A stretch of DNA of 64,000 nt from an uncultured Clostridia bacterium (GCA_947165365.1 CAMVAF010000003.1:1678-65677), one strand, 5' to 3'. Positions 48,899 to 59,698 are shown, counted from the first letter of the stretch. The notes: a model not told the origin generated them from the sequence alone. A program made the numbers and translations.

Positions 48899-50686
48899 TT
48901 ATTTAACTTCCTCAAATTGCGAATTATAAAGATCAGCATAAAAACCTTTTTTCTTTAATAATTCTTCATGACTTCCTTGTTCAATAATATTACCATCATT
49001 AATAACTAATATCATATCAGCATTTTTTATCGTAGATAATCGGTGAGCAATAATAAATGATGTCTTATCTTTTGTAAGATTATCCATTGCACGAGCAACT
49101 AACTCTTCTGTTCTTGTATCTACATTACTAGTAGCTTCATCTAATATCAAATATGGCTTATCACTGATCATCGCACGAGCAATCGTTAATAATTGTTTTT
49201 CACCACTTGATAAAGTATCAACATCACTAAGAACTGTATCATAATCCTTTGGTAAAGTTTTAATAAAATGATGTAAACCAACCCTTTTACAAGCAGATAC
49301 TATTTCATCAGAAGTAACATTATCATTATTATATCTAATATTTTCTTTAATTGTACCATTAAAAACCCAAGTATCTTGCAAAACCATATTGAATAAATCA
49401 TGAACATTTTCTCTTGTTAAATCCTTAATAGAATGACCATCAATTATAATATCACCATCACTTATATTATAAAATTTCATTAATAAATTAACAATAGTTG
49501 TTTTACCAGCACCAGTAGGACCTACAATAGCAATCTTACTATTACTTGGTATTTTAGCATTAAAGTTTTTAATTATTAACTTATCACTATCATATCCAAA
49601 AGAAACATTTTTAAATTCTATATTACCTTTAGCATCTGATATTTCAAGTTTTTCTTGAAAAGCAGACTCATCATCCATTTCTTTTTCTTCTAAAAATTCA
49701 AATACCCTTTCACCAGCAGCTGCTGCACTTTGAAACCCCGTTAAACTTTGAGCAATATTCATCAAAGGTTGTGTAAATAATCTAATATAAATCATAAAAG
49801 CAACAATAACACCAAAGGATATTGTATTATTAATAACTAATATCGCTCCAACAACACAAACCAAAACATAACCAAAATTACCAATAAAACCCATTAATGG
49901 ATGCATAAGTCCCGATAAAAACTGACTCTTTCTTCCATTTTCAAATAAACGATTATTAATTTTATCAAATTCTTTATTAGTTTCATCTTCAGCATTATAT
50001 ACTTTAACAATATTATGTGATGAAAAGACTTCTTCTATATGACCATTCATATCACCAAGAGATTCTTGAACTTCATTAAAATATTTTTGACTCTTAACCA
50101 AAATAATTGCAACAAAAATAAACCCAAATAAACTAGCAAAAACAGAAATCAAAGCTAAAATCCAATTTGTATAAAACATCATAAATAATGCCCCTAATAA
50201 CATTGTTAAAGAACTTACCAATCCACTTAAACTTTGATTCATAGTCCATCCAATAGTATCAACATCATTTGTAACTCGAGATAACACATCTCCAACTGTT
50301 GTTTTATCAAAATAAGCAAGTGGTAATCTATTAATTTTTTTATCTATATCTTTCCTCATCATTAATTGAAATTTATTATTAACAACTGTCATTATAAAAC
50401 CTTGAATATAATTAAAGATAGCACTTACACCATACATTATCGCTAAAACTAAACCAATATTCTTTACTTTATCCAAATCTATTCCCGTCATTAATCCCTT
50501 TTGAATAGTATTTGTTATATCCTTTAATTTATCAGGTCCAACAATAGATAATACACTTGACACAAAAGAAAGAATCAAAGAAATTATAATCAATAATAAA
50601 AATGGTTTATTATATTTAATAATTTTCTTTATCGAACCAGTAAAATCTTTAGCCTTATTATTTATATTACCTCTCCTATTATGCAT
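48899..50686 (-). CDS. ABC exporter, fused permease/ATPase (heterodimer partner 2)
   Basis: Six-TM domain plus an NBD with GPTGAGKTT, LSSGEKQ and LILDEATS. ATG at 50686 follows GGAGAGGAGG. Confidence 0.85.
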   Translation of the reverse strand: MHNRRGNINNKAKDFTGSIKKIIKYNKPFLLLIIISLILSFVSSVLSIVGPDKLKDITNTIQKGLMTGIDLDKVKNIGLVLAIMYGVSAIFNYIQGFIMTVVNNKFQLMMRKDIDKKINRLPLAYFDKTTVGDVLSRVTNDVDTIGWTMNQSLSGLVSSLTMLLGALFMMFYTNWILALISVFASLFGFIFVAIILVKSQKYFNEVQESLGDMNGHIEEVFSSHNIVKVYNAEDETNKEFDKINNRLFENGRKSQFLSGLMHPLMGFIGNFGYVLVCVVGAILVINNTISFGVIVAFMIYIRLFTQPLMNIAQSLTGFQSAAAAGERVFEFLEEKEMDDESAFQEKLEISDAKGNIEFKNVSFGYDSDKLIIKNFNAKIPSNSKIAIVGPTGAGKTTIVNLLMKFYNISDGDIIIDGHSIKDLTRENVHDLFNMVLQDTWVFNGTIKENIRYNNDNVTSDEIVSACKRVGLHHFIKTLPKDYDTVLSDVDTLSSGEKQLLTIARAMISDKPYLILDEATSNVDTRTEELVARAMDNLTKDKTSFIIAHRLSTIKNADMILVINDGNIIEQGSHEELLKKKGFYADLYNSQFEEVK

Positions 50687-52439
50687 TTTTAAAAGCCTCC
50701 TCTCCAAGTTGTGAAAGAGCGATTTCTTTGTACACCTTACATGTTTTTAAAAGTTCATCATGTTTACCTATACCAACACATTTACCATCATCCAATACAA
50801 GAATTTTATCAGCATCCATAATAGTACCAATTCTACTTGCCACAATTATTTTAGTAGCACCACTACACTCTTTATTTAATTCTTTTCTTAAAGCATAATC
50901 TGTTTTAAAATCAAGTGCTGAAAAAGCATCATCAAAAATATATATTTCAGGATTTCTTGCAATTGCCCTTGCAATAGATAATCTTTGCTTTTGCCCACCT
51001 GATACATTAGTACCACCTTGAGCTATTTCACTATCTAAATCTTTTTCCATCTTTTTCACAAATGAAGAACTTTGAGAAACATCAAGAGCTTTCCAAGCAT
51101 CAGCTTTTGATATTTCTTTTTCTTCTGTTTTACCAAATCTTAAATTACTTAAAACCGTTCCTTTAAACAAAACTGCCTTTTGAGATACATATCCAATTTT
51201 ATTATGTAATTTTTCTAATGACATATTTTTAACATTAATACCATCGACCAATACTTCTCCACTGGATACATCGTAAAATCTTGGTATTAAATTAATAACA
51301 GTTGATTTTCCACTTCCAGTTCCACCTATAATAGCAAGTGTTTCTCCTTTATTAACCTTAAAACTGATATTTTCTAAAATACTTTCATCGGCATCAGGAT
51401 ATTTAAAGGAAACATTACGAAATTCAATTTCTCCCACCTTATCATGATTTATATTATTAATTTCACCATCTTTAATATTGGAATCTGTATCTAATATCTC
51501 ATTTATTCTACCCATTGATACAGCAGCTCTTGGATATATTACAAATAACATTACTAAAAACATAAAAGACATAATTACCTGTACAGCATAACTAGAAAAA
51601 ACAACCATATTACTAAAAACACCGATTTTATCCATCATATTAGTGCCATTAATAAGACCTGCCCCTACCCAATATATAGCTAAAGATAAACTTGACATAA
51701 CAAGACTCATTACTGGATTCATTAAAGACATAATTTTACCAACAAACAAATGAGTATTAGTAAGTTCCATATTGGCATTATTAAATTTATTTTCTTCATA
51801 ATTTTCAGCATTATAAGCTCTTACAACTTTAATACCAGTTAAATTTTCTCTTGTAATTCTATTCAAATTATCAGTTAACTTTTGAATCTTTTTAAATTTT
51901 GGTATAGCAAAAACAACAATAATAGATACCATACTTAATACAATAAAAACACCAATCGCTGTAATTAAAGAAAATTGCCATTCTTTACCAACTATTTTTA
52001 ATATTGCCATAACAGCCATAATAGGAGCTCTTGCAAGCATCTGTGTTCCCATAACAACAAAGTTTTTTACCTGTGTAACATCATTTGTATCTCTCGTAAT
52101 TAAACTGCTTGTAGAAAACCTTTTAATTTCTTCCATTCCAAAACTTTGTACTTTACGAAATATTTTACTTCGCATATTCCTTTCAAATGATGTTCCAACA
52201 TAAGAAGAAAAATATCCAATAACAATTGAAATAACTAAACTACCAAGTGCACATAAAATCATCCAAATACTTTCATTTAAAACACTTGATACACTATTAT
52301 TAGTTGTAATAATAGTAGTTATTTTTGACATATAATCAGGAATCCTTAATTCTAACCATACCTGTAATATCATAAATAAAATACATAGTATGGCAAAATA
52401 TACTTCTTTTTTAGACATATTTTTTAACATTTTTATCAT
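50679..52439 (-). CDS. ABC exporter, fused permease/ATPase (heterodimer partner 1)
   Basis: TM domain plus an NBD with GGTGSGKST, VSGGQKQR and IYIFDDAFS. It overlaps the partner gene by 8 nt. Confidence 0.85.
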   Translation of the reverse strand: MIKMLKNMSKKEVYFAILCILFMILQVWLELRIPDYMSKITTIITTNNSVSSVLNESIWMILCALGSLVISIVIGYFSSYVGTSFERNMRSKIFRKVQSFGMEEIKRFSTSSLITRDTNDVTQVKNFVVMGTQMLARAPIMAVMAILKIVGKEWQFSLITAIGVFIVLSMVSIIVVFAIPKFKKIQKLTDNLNRITRENLTGIKVVRAYNAENYEENKFNNANMELTNTHLFVGKIMSLMNPVMSLVMSSLSLAIYWVGAGLINGTNMMDKIGVFSNMVVFSSYAVQVIMSFMFLVMLFVIYPRAAVSMGRINEILDTDSNIKDGEINNINHDKVGEIEFRNVSFKYPDADESILENISFKVNKGETLAIIGGTGSGKSTVINLIPRFYDVSSGEVLVDGINVKNMSLEKLHNKIGYVSQKAVLFKGTVLSNLRFGKTEEKEISKADAWKALDVSQSSSFVKKMEKDLDSEIAQGGTNVSGGQKQRLSIARAIARNPEIYIFDDAFSALDFKTDYALRKELNKECSGATKIIVASRIGTIMDADKILVLDDGKCVGIGKHDELLKTCKVYKEIALSQLGEEAFKNA

Positions 52440-52570
52440 AAAATCCTTCTTTCTATTACTTTTATTATCATATGTATTTGAATTAATAAATTAACTACAT
52501 AAATAAAATTCTTTAAACATTATAACACATCATATAATATTATTAAAGAAAAAAATAGAAGAAAATTCTT

Positions 52571-54754
52571 CTATTTACTATTTATAATAGTACAATAATT
52601 TCTTATTGCAGCATCTTGTAATGATTGTGATTTATTACATGTACCTAAATATGCATTATTATCATTAGAATTACTTATTTTAATTCTCGAAATATTTTCT
52701 TTTGGTAAATCAAATTGATATAATGGTTTTTCACTCCAAATATCACTTTTTATAGTTTTAGTATAATTTTGGGAATAACTATTCCAGTTCCATGGTATCT
52801 TTCTTGCACTATTTACAAATGGATTAGTAACATCAATAATTCGATATTTAACTTCATCTTCATAAACTTCTATTTCACATTTATTATTATTAATAGTTGC
52901 AATTACTTTGCTTGGAGATGATGATTTATAAATATTAATAGATGTCTTTATTTTATAATTATTGCCATTAGTTAAATCCGTTTTCAATTCAGTATAAACC
53001 ATTTGACCACCATCTACAGCACCATTTGTTTCTGTCTTAGCAACCTCTTTAGAACCATCATTTTTATCAAAATATACCTGTTTAGGTTTTAATAAAGATT
53101 CTTGAGTTAGTTTATATGAAAAATCATATACAGTTTTTCCATTCTTTAATTTATGACTCTTTGTATATTTAGGTTTACCATTATCTAAATAAATATTTTC
53201 CTCTTCCTCTGTTAAAAGTTCAACTGTTTTAACTTTTTTATTTTTTTTATACTTATATTCAAAAGATAATTTTCCATCATAGTTAAATAAATATTTTCCA
53301 TTCTCAACAATATTTAAATACTGATCTTCATAAGACTTAGAAATATTATCTAATTCATCTTTATGAGCACCATACCACGCATACTCTCTTTTAAAATCAT
53401 CATTTTCTCTTCCAGAAAACATTGACTCAGCTCTCCTTAAAAGATCAAGTATTTTCTGATATGTTTTATTATATATATCACTATTAAATTTTCCTTCACA
53501 ACTTCTTTCATGATGCATATCCACATTAAATTCAAAACCTTGCCCCGGTTGAAGAACAGCAATTTTTTCATCTTCAACACCATTAACTTTTACTTTTTCA
53601 AATTTATTTGGATTATAATTTGCCGATGCATTCTCAGTACATTGAATTTCATAAAATGTTGAATCATTAGTATTACATTTTATATCTTCATTAAAAGGAA
53701 CAAAAACATCTTTTTGACTACAATATTTAGCATTTTGTTGTTCACTAAATTCACTAGGAGGCGCAACAGAACAAATAGCTGGTTTTTGTGTTTCACATAA
53801 TTTTTCATTCATATCAGAACCTTCTACTTTATATAATTGCCATCCTGCTGACTTACCACCAGGTAATTGTGAATTACATCTTTGTTTGCCATCCTTATCT
53901 TTTCCACAAACACAAGCATTTCCAGATTTTGTACATGAATATCCTACATGATCCCACTTATATTCATAGTTATCTTCCGTTCCAAATAATGTTTTAGAAC
54001 TACTCTTTTGTCGTCTCCAACATCCCATTACTTTAGGTTCATCTTCAGCAGGCTTATAATTATGAGCAGCTTCACTTGCAGCCCCACAACAACGATTATA
54101 TCTTACTGAGTAAATCCAAATACCATCATAAGACTCACCTCCATATGATGCACACCCACCATTATTATACATAGACTCTCCTTTGCCAGGTAAAACATTA
54201 GAACTTCGAACATTTACTGATGTCGCTTTCCACGAAGCAAACGTTTCAAAGCTACTTGATATAGAACCTTCTTTTGCACCTCTACAAGTAACAGTACCAC
54301 TTCCACAAGTACCTTTACCAGTAGCAGCAACATTAACACTATAATGTTTTATCCAATTAGTTTTAGTACCAGTATCCTCAGGAACTTCACATCTATAACC
54401 ATAAAATCCCCCATTAGCTTCACATCGTGGTTCAGTAGTACCACTGGCACCATGACAACCATAATAACATTTTTCAGCAGGTTTTACACAATCATCATAA
54501 GAATTATGGGCAGAATCACAGCAATAATCAGATTTTCCATGCCGTGTACCACCACCATCACATTCTCCACCACTTTCCTTTATAGAACTAGCATTTGCAA
54601 CTGTTCCAGAAGCACTACACGTAACATCACCCTTCAAAGTTGCATGACCACTAAAAACCGTTTGATTCCCTGTTATATAAGCCGCTGCCAAACACTCCTT
54701 TGGAATAAATATCATCATTAAAATAAATATTAATATATATATCTTTTTCATCAT
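52571..54754 (-). CDS. secreted Cys-rich protein (727 aa), function unknown
   Basis: Signal peptide IYILIFILMMIFIPKECLAAA. About 26 Cys by hand count fall in the first ~420 residues, in Gly/Ser/Cys-rich sequence. The C-terminal ~300 aa are Cys-poor. No sorting signal. Confidence 0.7.
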   Translation of the reverse strand: MMKKIYILIFILMMIFIPKECLAAAYITGNQTVFSGHATLKGDVTCSASGTVANASSIKESGGECDGGGTRHGKSDYCCDSAHNSYDDCVKPAEKCYYGCHGASGTTEPRCEANGGFYGYRCEVPEDTGTKTNWIKHYSVNVAATGKGTCGSGTVTCRGAKEGSISSSFETFASWKATSVNVRSSNVLPGKGESMYNNGGCASYGGESYDGIWIYSVRYNRCCGAASEAAHNYKPAEDEPKVMGCWRRQKSSSKTLFGTEDNYEYKWDHVGYSCTKSGNACVCGKDKDGKQRCNSQLPGGKSAGWQLYKVEGSDMNEKLCETQKPAICSVAPPSEFSEQQNAKYCSQKDVFVPFNEDIKCNTNDSTFYEIQCTENASANYNPNKFEKVKVNGVEDEKIAVLQPGQGFEFNVDMHHERSCEGKFNSDIYNKTYQKILDLLRRAESMFSGRENDDFKREYAWYGAHKDELDNISKSYEDQYLNIVENGKYLFNYDGKLSFEYKYKKNKKVKTVELLTEEEENIYLDNGKPKYTKSHKLKNGKTVYDFSYKLTQESLLKPKQVYFDKNDGSKEVAKTETNGAVDGGQMVYTELKTDLTNGNNYKIKTSINIYKSSSPSKVIATINNNKCEIEVYEDEVKYRIIDVTNPFVNSARKIPWNWNSYSQNYTKTIKSDIWSEKPLYQFDLPKENISRIKISNSNDNNAYLGTCNKSQSLQDAAIRNYCTIINSK

Positions 54755-55416
54755 AACTCATACTTCTTTCTTCTAACTAGAATAAATACTACTATACCAA
54801 TTACTAAAACTGAACCTACACCTATACCTATAAATAATAGTGTATTATCACTTTTATTTTCTACTACTGGTTCAGTAGTTTCATTTTCTTTTTCATATTT
54901 TTCTAATTCTTTATAATATTTAGTATTAGTTACTTCTTCTTCAGTAAATTCTTGACAATATTTAAAATTAGGATTTGTTAAACAATAATCTTTATCATAA
55001 AATTGATTATAATACGGAAGCTTTATTTGCTTTACAGCAACTGTTTTTGTAGAACACTTATCTGGAGTATATGCTTTCATTGTTATTGATACCTTTTCTC
55101 CTTGTTTAAATCCCGATATTTTACCATTACCATTACCATCATTAATTATTTCTTTATAATCCAATGAATAAAAATCATTTATTATTAATGCTTTTAAATC
55201 TTTGGTTAAACCCTTAATAGTTATGGTAAATTCTGGATATATATAATCTGGAACATCTTTATCCTTTTTCATCTCATAAGTATAATCAAATTCCATCTTA
55301 TTAACCATTTCTTTTAAATTATTCATTTTCTCTGTTGTACATGGTTCTAATTCAATAGCAGCACTTACATTTACTGTAAACATCATCATAATTAATAAAC
55401 AAAATATCTTTTTCAT
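54751..55416 (-). CDS. secreted protein with C-terminal TM anchor
   Basis: ATG at 55416 follows TAGGAGAG. Signal FCLLIMMMFTVNVSA. The C-terminus is LLFIGIGVGSVLVIGIVVFILVRRKK. Confidence 0.6.
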   Translation of the reverse strand: MKKIFCLLIMMMFTVNVSAAIELEPCTTEKMNNLKEMVNKMEFDYTYEMKKDKDVPDYIYPEFTITIKGLTKDLKALIINDFYSLDYKEIINDGNGNGKISGFKQGEKVSITMKAYTPDKCSTKTVAVKQIKLPYYNQFYDKDYCLTNPNFKYCQEFTEEEVTNTKYYKELEKYEKENETTEPVVENKSDNTLLFIGIGVGSVLVIGIVVFILVRRKKYEL

Positions 55417-55497
55417 ATACTCTCCTATCAATAACATAATTATACAATATATTTTTTAAAAAAACTAGATAAAAATAATTATTTATCTAGTTTTTAT

Positions 55498-56049
55498 TTA
55501 ATCAATCCTAAATAATTTACAAAAAATTATTAATTGCTTGTCTTTCTTTTTACTACAAGTAGTCAATATTAAAGTAGTATCTTTACTATTTTTATTAATT
55601 TCAATTGTTCCATCTTTTTCTTCTTCATAGATATTATCTACAATATAGTGATATTTCTTATTATTATAATATATTTCAATATTATCATTAATATCCAATT
55701 TATCAAGATTTTTAAAATAACCTAAATAAGAATTTCCTGAATGAGCTGCTATAATCATGGTACTATTCTTTTTATCAGGTAAAGTATTATTAAGTAAAGT
55801 TATATTTTTATTTACATTATTTTCTTTACTATTATAATTATAAAAACCCATTTTAAAGTTTATTTTCGGTATATTTAAAACTCCAATAATGTCATCTTTC
55901 ATATTATTCTTAACCACAGGTTTACTAATATAATTATTAGCATCGACATTATTTACTGTTTTCTTGACATTATCATATATAAAATAATTTACTATTAAAC
56001 TAAATCCTAAAACAATAATAATGATATTAATAGTCCTTTTTATTTTCAT
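55498..56049 (-). CDS. sortase
   Basis: N-terminal TM, active-site His (IIAAHSG) and the TLILTTCS Cys motif. It overlaps the adhesin 3' end by 23 nt. Confidence 0.8.
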   Translation of the reverse strand: MKIKRTINIIIIVLGFSLIVNYFIYDNVKKTVNNVDANNYISKPVVKNNMKDDIIGVLNIPKINFKMGFYNYNSKENNVNKNITLLNNTLPDKKNSTMIIAAHSGNSYLGYFKNLDKLDINDNIEIYYNNKKYHYIVDNIYEEEKDGTIEINKNSKDTTLILTTCSKKKDKQLIIFCKLFRID

Positions 56050-58414
56050 AAAACATTTTCCCTATACCAAAAATAATCATCATTATTGAAGTGAATAAAA
56101 CATTTTCCATATCACTTCTTCCTGTTTTAGGAACTATTATTTCTTTCTTTTCATTAGTCATTTTAACATTGGTTACTTGGTCATTAAAAATACTAAAATA
56201 TATTTTTTGATTTGTTAATTTATATAATGAATTAGCACTTTTCTCAATAATATAATAATTACCTACTTTAAAATTATTAATAGTAATATTACCATTTTCA
56301 TTAGTTACTTTATTAATTAATAGATTATCATTTTCATCATATATTTCAATTTCTGTATCAGATATACCTTCTTTTGTCACCAAATCAATTTTATTGAAAT
56401 CAAGAATACCTTTCTTTAAATAATTAATAATTTTAATTTCTTTAACATCATGATAATTATCTCTTGTAATATTAAATTTATAAATATCATTATTTTCTAT
56501 ATAATCATTATTATCATTAACCTCTTTTATATAATAATTACCTATTTCTAAATTATTAATAGTTAACTTACCATCATTATTAGTTTTATAGGTATTCATT
56601 AATCTATTATCACTATTATATAATTCAAACTTAATACCATTAAATGGTACTATAGTATAGTCTATATTATTATCGTTAATCATCATTTCTTCTTTTAATT
56701 TAATTATTGATACACTTCCTAATACTTTATGATTTTTCATTGCTACCATAGTATCTTCATTATTTTTTATCGTAAATTTAATCTTTTCATTATTTAATTC
56801 ATAATAATCATTAGGTTTTATTTCTTTGATATAGTATTCTCCAATCATTAAATTATTAATTATAATATTTCCATTATCATCAGTTTCTTTTTCTATTAAT
56901 AATTTATTATTTTCATCATAAATACCAATTATAGTATTAGAAATACCTTCATTTGTTTTACTATCAATTTTTTTAAATATTAAATTACCTTTACCAAGAA
57001 AATTTTCAATATCTTTATTTATTTCAATATTATGATATTGATTCTCTTGAATAATATCTATTTTTATTTTATCTTGTTTAAGATAACCATCTAATTTATT
57101 TTCTTCTTCTAAATAGTAAGTACCCTTTTTTATTTTATCAAAAGTAAGATTCCCATCTTGATTAGTTAAACCTTCTTTAATTATATTATTATCATTATCA
57201 TATAAAGTAAATTTAATATTAGAAAGATTTATTTTTTCATAATTAATCCTATTATCCATTATATTCATTTTTTCCCCAATTTTGTGGATATTTATTTTTC
57301 CATAAAAATTATTATTAACTAAATATAAATCCATTACATTGCCATATTCTGGATACCATGTTATATCACTATCTTTATTAACACTAAATTTAAGTGGTTC
57401 ACTATTCCATAAATATCCATCTACCAACTGATTTTCTACTTCTATTAATTCATAATTACCATAAATCGGATTATTAGTAAAAATCATTCCTTCATTATCG
57501 GTTTCATAAACACAGTCAACAGTATCGCAGATATATAGATTTCTATCTATATTTCTTATCATTAATTTAATACCAGCTTGTTTAATTCTTTCACCATTAT
57601 CATCTACCTTATATACTCTAACTCGACTACCTAAAGCTTTTAACTTAATTGTAATTTCATCATTTTTCATAATTCTTAGTCTTGCCAGTTTTTGAGTTGT
57701 TGTTTTATCTTTTCCTACATAAACTACAAGTGGCAAATCATCATATTTTTTAAATGATAATTTTATTTCCGTAGTTCCTGCATATTTTGGTATTACATGT
57801 AAACAATTATCTTTAATAAATACTTCATTTCCACTATCTAGAACTACTTCATAATTATTTAAAACGTTATTTTCATCTTTAATAACTATTTCTTTATTAA
57901 TTAAACCACCTGTTATAGTAGTAGGTAATGTAGGTTTCTTTTTATGATTACTAACTAACTCTAATATTTCTTTTTTTTCTTTAGTAATATCTATAGGATC
58001 ACCTTTTTCATTTTGTAAAGTCCAAAATGTGACTTTTTGATCACTAGTAGCTTCCCATATCAACGCTTGAGCAGCCATACTATATTTTATATTATCATGA
58101 CCTGGATATTCTCTTCCGTAATAACCATATAAAGCAATATTTTCTTTTTCTTCATCACTTAAATTAAGAGATATATAATTATCCTTATCAATATAGTCAA
58201 AAGTAGTAATTTGTTTGGTTGGCTCAATGCAATAAACTATTGTATCACCAACATGATAAACAGAAAACTGACTAGACTTATAAAAATCCTTCCCTTTTCT
58301 TGCATAATAAATACCTTTTTGTTTTTCCAAAGTTAATTTATAATTTGTTTGGGCATATACTTGTTTTTCTATTAACACAATGATAAAAACAAGTATCATT
58401 AATACTTTTTTCAT
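56027..58414 (-). CDS. cell-wall-anchored adhesin: putative thioester (TQXA-type) domain plus CnaB/SpaA-type repeats plus VPKTG sorting signal
   Basis: Signal peptide. VYCIEP (candidate thioester Cys) and AAQALIWEA (candidate Gln, compare the TQxA(I/V)W motif). At least four units follow the pattern FxLYDxxNxxxxxxxTxxDGxLxxxxLxxGxYYxxE. The C-terminus is VPKTG, then a hydrophobic stretch, then KKDY. Confidence 0.7.
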   Translation of the reverse strand: MKKVLMILVFIIVLIEKQVYAQTNYKLTLEKQKGIYYARKGKDFYKSSQFSVYHVGDTIVYCIEPTKQITTFDYIDKDNYISLNLSDEEKENIALYGYYGREYPGHDNIKYSMAAQALIWEATSDQKVTFWTLQNEKGDPIDITKEKKEILELVSNHKKKPTLPTTITGGLINKEIVIKDENNVLNNYEVVLDSGNEVFIKDNCLHVIPKYAGTTEIKLSFKKYDDLPLVVYVGKDKTTTQKLARLRIMKNDEITIKLKALGSRVRVYKVDDNGERIKQAGIKLMIRNIDRNLYICDTVDCVYETDNEGMIFTNNPIYGNYELIEVENQLVDGYLWNSEPLKFSVNKDSDITWYPEYGNVMDLYLVNNNFYGKINIHKIGEKMNIMDNRINYEKINLSNIKFTLYDNDNNIIKEGLTNQDGNLTFDKIKKGTYYLEEENKLDGYLKQDKIKIDIIQENQYHNIEINKDIENFLGKGNLIFKKIDSKTNEGISNTIIGIYDENNKLLIEKETDDNGNIIINNLMIGEYYIKEIKPNDYYELNNEKIKFTIKNNEDTMVAMKNHKVLGSVSIIKLKEEMMINDNNIDYTIVPFNGIKFELYNSDNRLMNTYKTNNDGKLTINNLEIGNYYIKEVNDNNDYIENNDIYKFNITRDNYHDVKEIKIINYLKKGILDFNKIDLVTKEGISDTEIEIYDENDNLLINKVTNENGNITINNFKVGNYYIIEKSANSLYKLTNQKIYFSIFNDQVTNVKMTNEKKEIIVPKTGRSDMENVLFTSIMMIIFGIGKMFYENKKDY

Positions 58415-58569
58415 AATCCTCCTTCAAAAACAAAATATTAATGTCACTATAAAGTGTACCCCAAACACCAATAAATTTGTTTAGTTAATATCATAGCACA
58501 GACAAAATAAAAAAAAAGACCCATATTTAAGAACATATTCATGTACACAAATAAGGTATAATTACTCAG

Positions 58570-58599
58570 AAAAAAACTAATGTTATAAAAACACTAGTT
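58570..58599 (-). terminator. rho-independent terminator after the small HTH gene
   Basis: On the minus strand: AACUAGUGUU-UUUAU-AACAUUAGUU (10 bp including one G-U) followed by a U7 run. Confidence 0.65.
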
Positions 58600-58605
58600 A
58601 TATTA

Positions 58606-58854
58606 TTACTTCTTATAAACATACTCAATAACATCACTAATACTACAATTAAATACAAAACATATTTTTGATAAAACACTAGTATCATATCTCATCATTT
58701 GATTATCAGCATATTTTTTTATAACTTCTGGTCTAATATTAGATAATCTTGACAATTGATATAAAGTTATTTTTTTTGATTTCATTAATTTATAAAGATT
58801 ACATCTAATTCTCCCATATTTTGTATCCCATAATATTATTTTTTCTGTGATCAA
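58606..58854 (-). CDS. small XRE/Cro-like HTH protein
   Basis: TTG start 4 nt after AAGGAGGA. ITLYQLSRLSNIRPEVIKKYADNQ..SVLSKICFVFNCSISDVIEY has an HTH_26-like pattern. Confidence 0.6.
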   Translation of the reverse strand: MITEKIILWDTKYGRIRCNLYKLMKSKKITLYQLSRLSNIRPEVIKKYADNQMMRYDTSVLSKICFVFNCSISDVIEYVYKK

Positions 58855-59026
58855 ATTATCCTCCTTTTTATAAAAAAATGAACAGTATTACTTTACTGCT
58901 CACTCCTAAATCATATCACTATTCTTTTATTATTAAAAGGATAAATTTAAAATTATTGACCAAAATTTACAAAATTTGTGTTTTTTTTTACAATTTTATT
59001 GTATACTTAATATAGAAGGAGGATAT

Positions 59027-59653
59027 ATGAAAAAGTACATTGCTGAGTTTACAGGAACACTTATGCTTACCCTAATCGCTTGTGGTATTGCTGTTACAAC
59101 AGGAAACTATTTAGGAATTGCACTTGCTTTTGGTTTAGTAGTAGTTGCATGTGCCTACTCTATTGGAAACGTATCAGGTGCTCACATTAACCCTGCAGTT
59201 TCACTAGGTTTTGCTCTAACTGGTCAAATGAGTTGGGCAGAATTTGGAAAATACGCTTGTGCCCAAGTACTAGGTGCCATTGCTGGTAGTGGAATTTTAA
59301 GTATTATAACTGAAAGTACCAAAACACTTGGTGCTAATGGTTATGATGGTAGTGTTTGGATTGCTTTACTTGTAGAAGTAATTTTAACATTCATCTTTGT
59401 TTTAACTATCTTAGGTGTTACTGATAAAAAAGAAAATACTCATGTAACAGGTATTGTTATTGGTTTAACTCTAACTCTAGTACATTTATTTGGTATCCAT
59501 TTTACTGGAACATCAGTAAACCCTGCTAGAAGTATAGGACCAGCCTTATTCCAAGGTGGCGAAGCTCTAAATCAAATTTGGGTATTTATTTTAGCTCCTA
59601 TGATTGGCGCAGCACTTGCAGCATATTTCTTTAAGTACATCTTAAAAAAATAA
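59027..59653 (+). CDS. aqpZ: aquaporin (MIP family)
   Basis: Two NPA boxes (HINPAVS, SVNPARS) and six hydrophobic segments. ATG at 59027 follows GAAGGAGGA. Confidence 0.85.
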   Translation: MKKYIAEFTGTLMLTLIACGIAVTTGNYLGIALAFGLVVVACAYSIGNVSGAHINPAVSLGFALTGQMSWAEFGKYACAQVLGAIAGSGILSIITESTKTLGANGYDGSVWIALLVEVILTFIFVLTILGVTDKKENTHVTGIVIGLTLTLVHLFGIHFTGTSVNPARSIGPALFQGGEALNQIWVFILAPMIGAALAAYFFKYILKK

Positions 59654-59698
59654 TAAGTATTTATCTTATTATATGAAAATAAATTAGTTTTTGCTAAT

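Noticed and set aside
54344-54721. 125-aa plus-strand ORF antisense to the Cys-rich gene (also 53788..53997, 43423..43740, 48631..48855, 41365..41562, 38994..39179, 23557..23763, 22187..22372, 19629..19829, 10911..11102)
   Set aside because: All are shadow frames opposite longer, better-supported CDSs, and none has an RBS.
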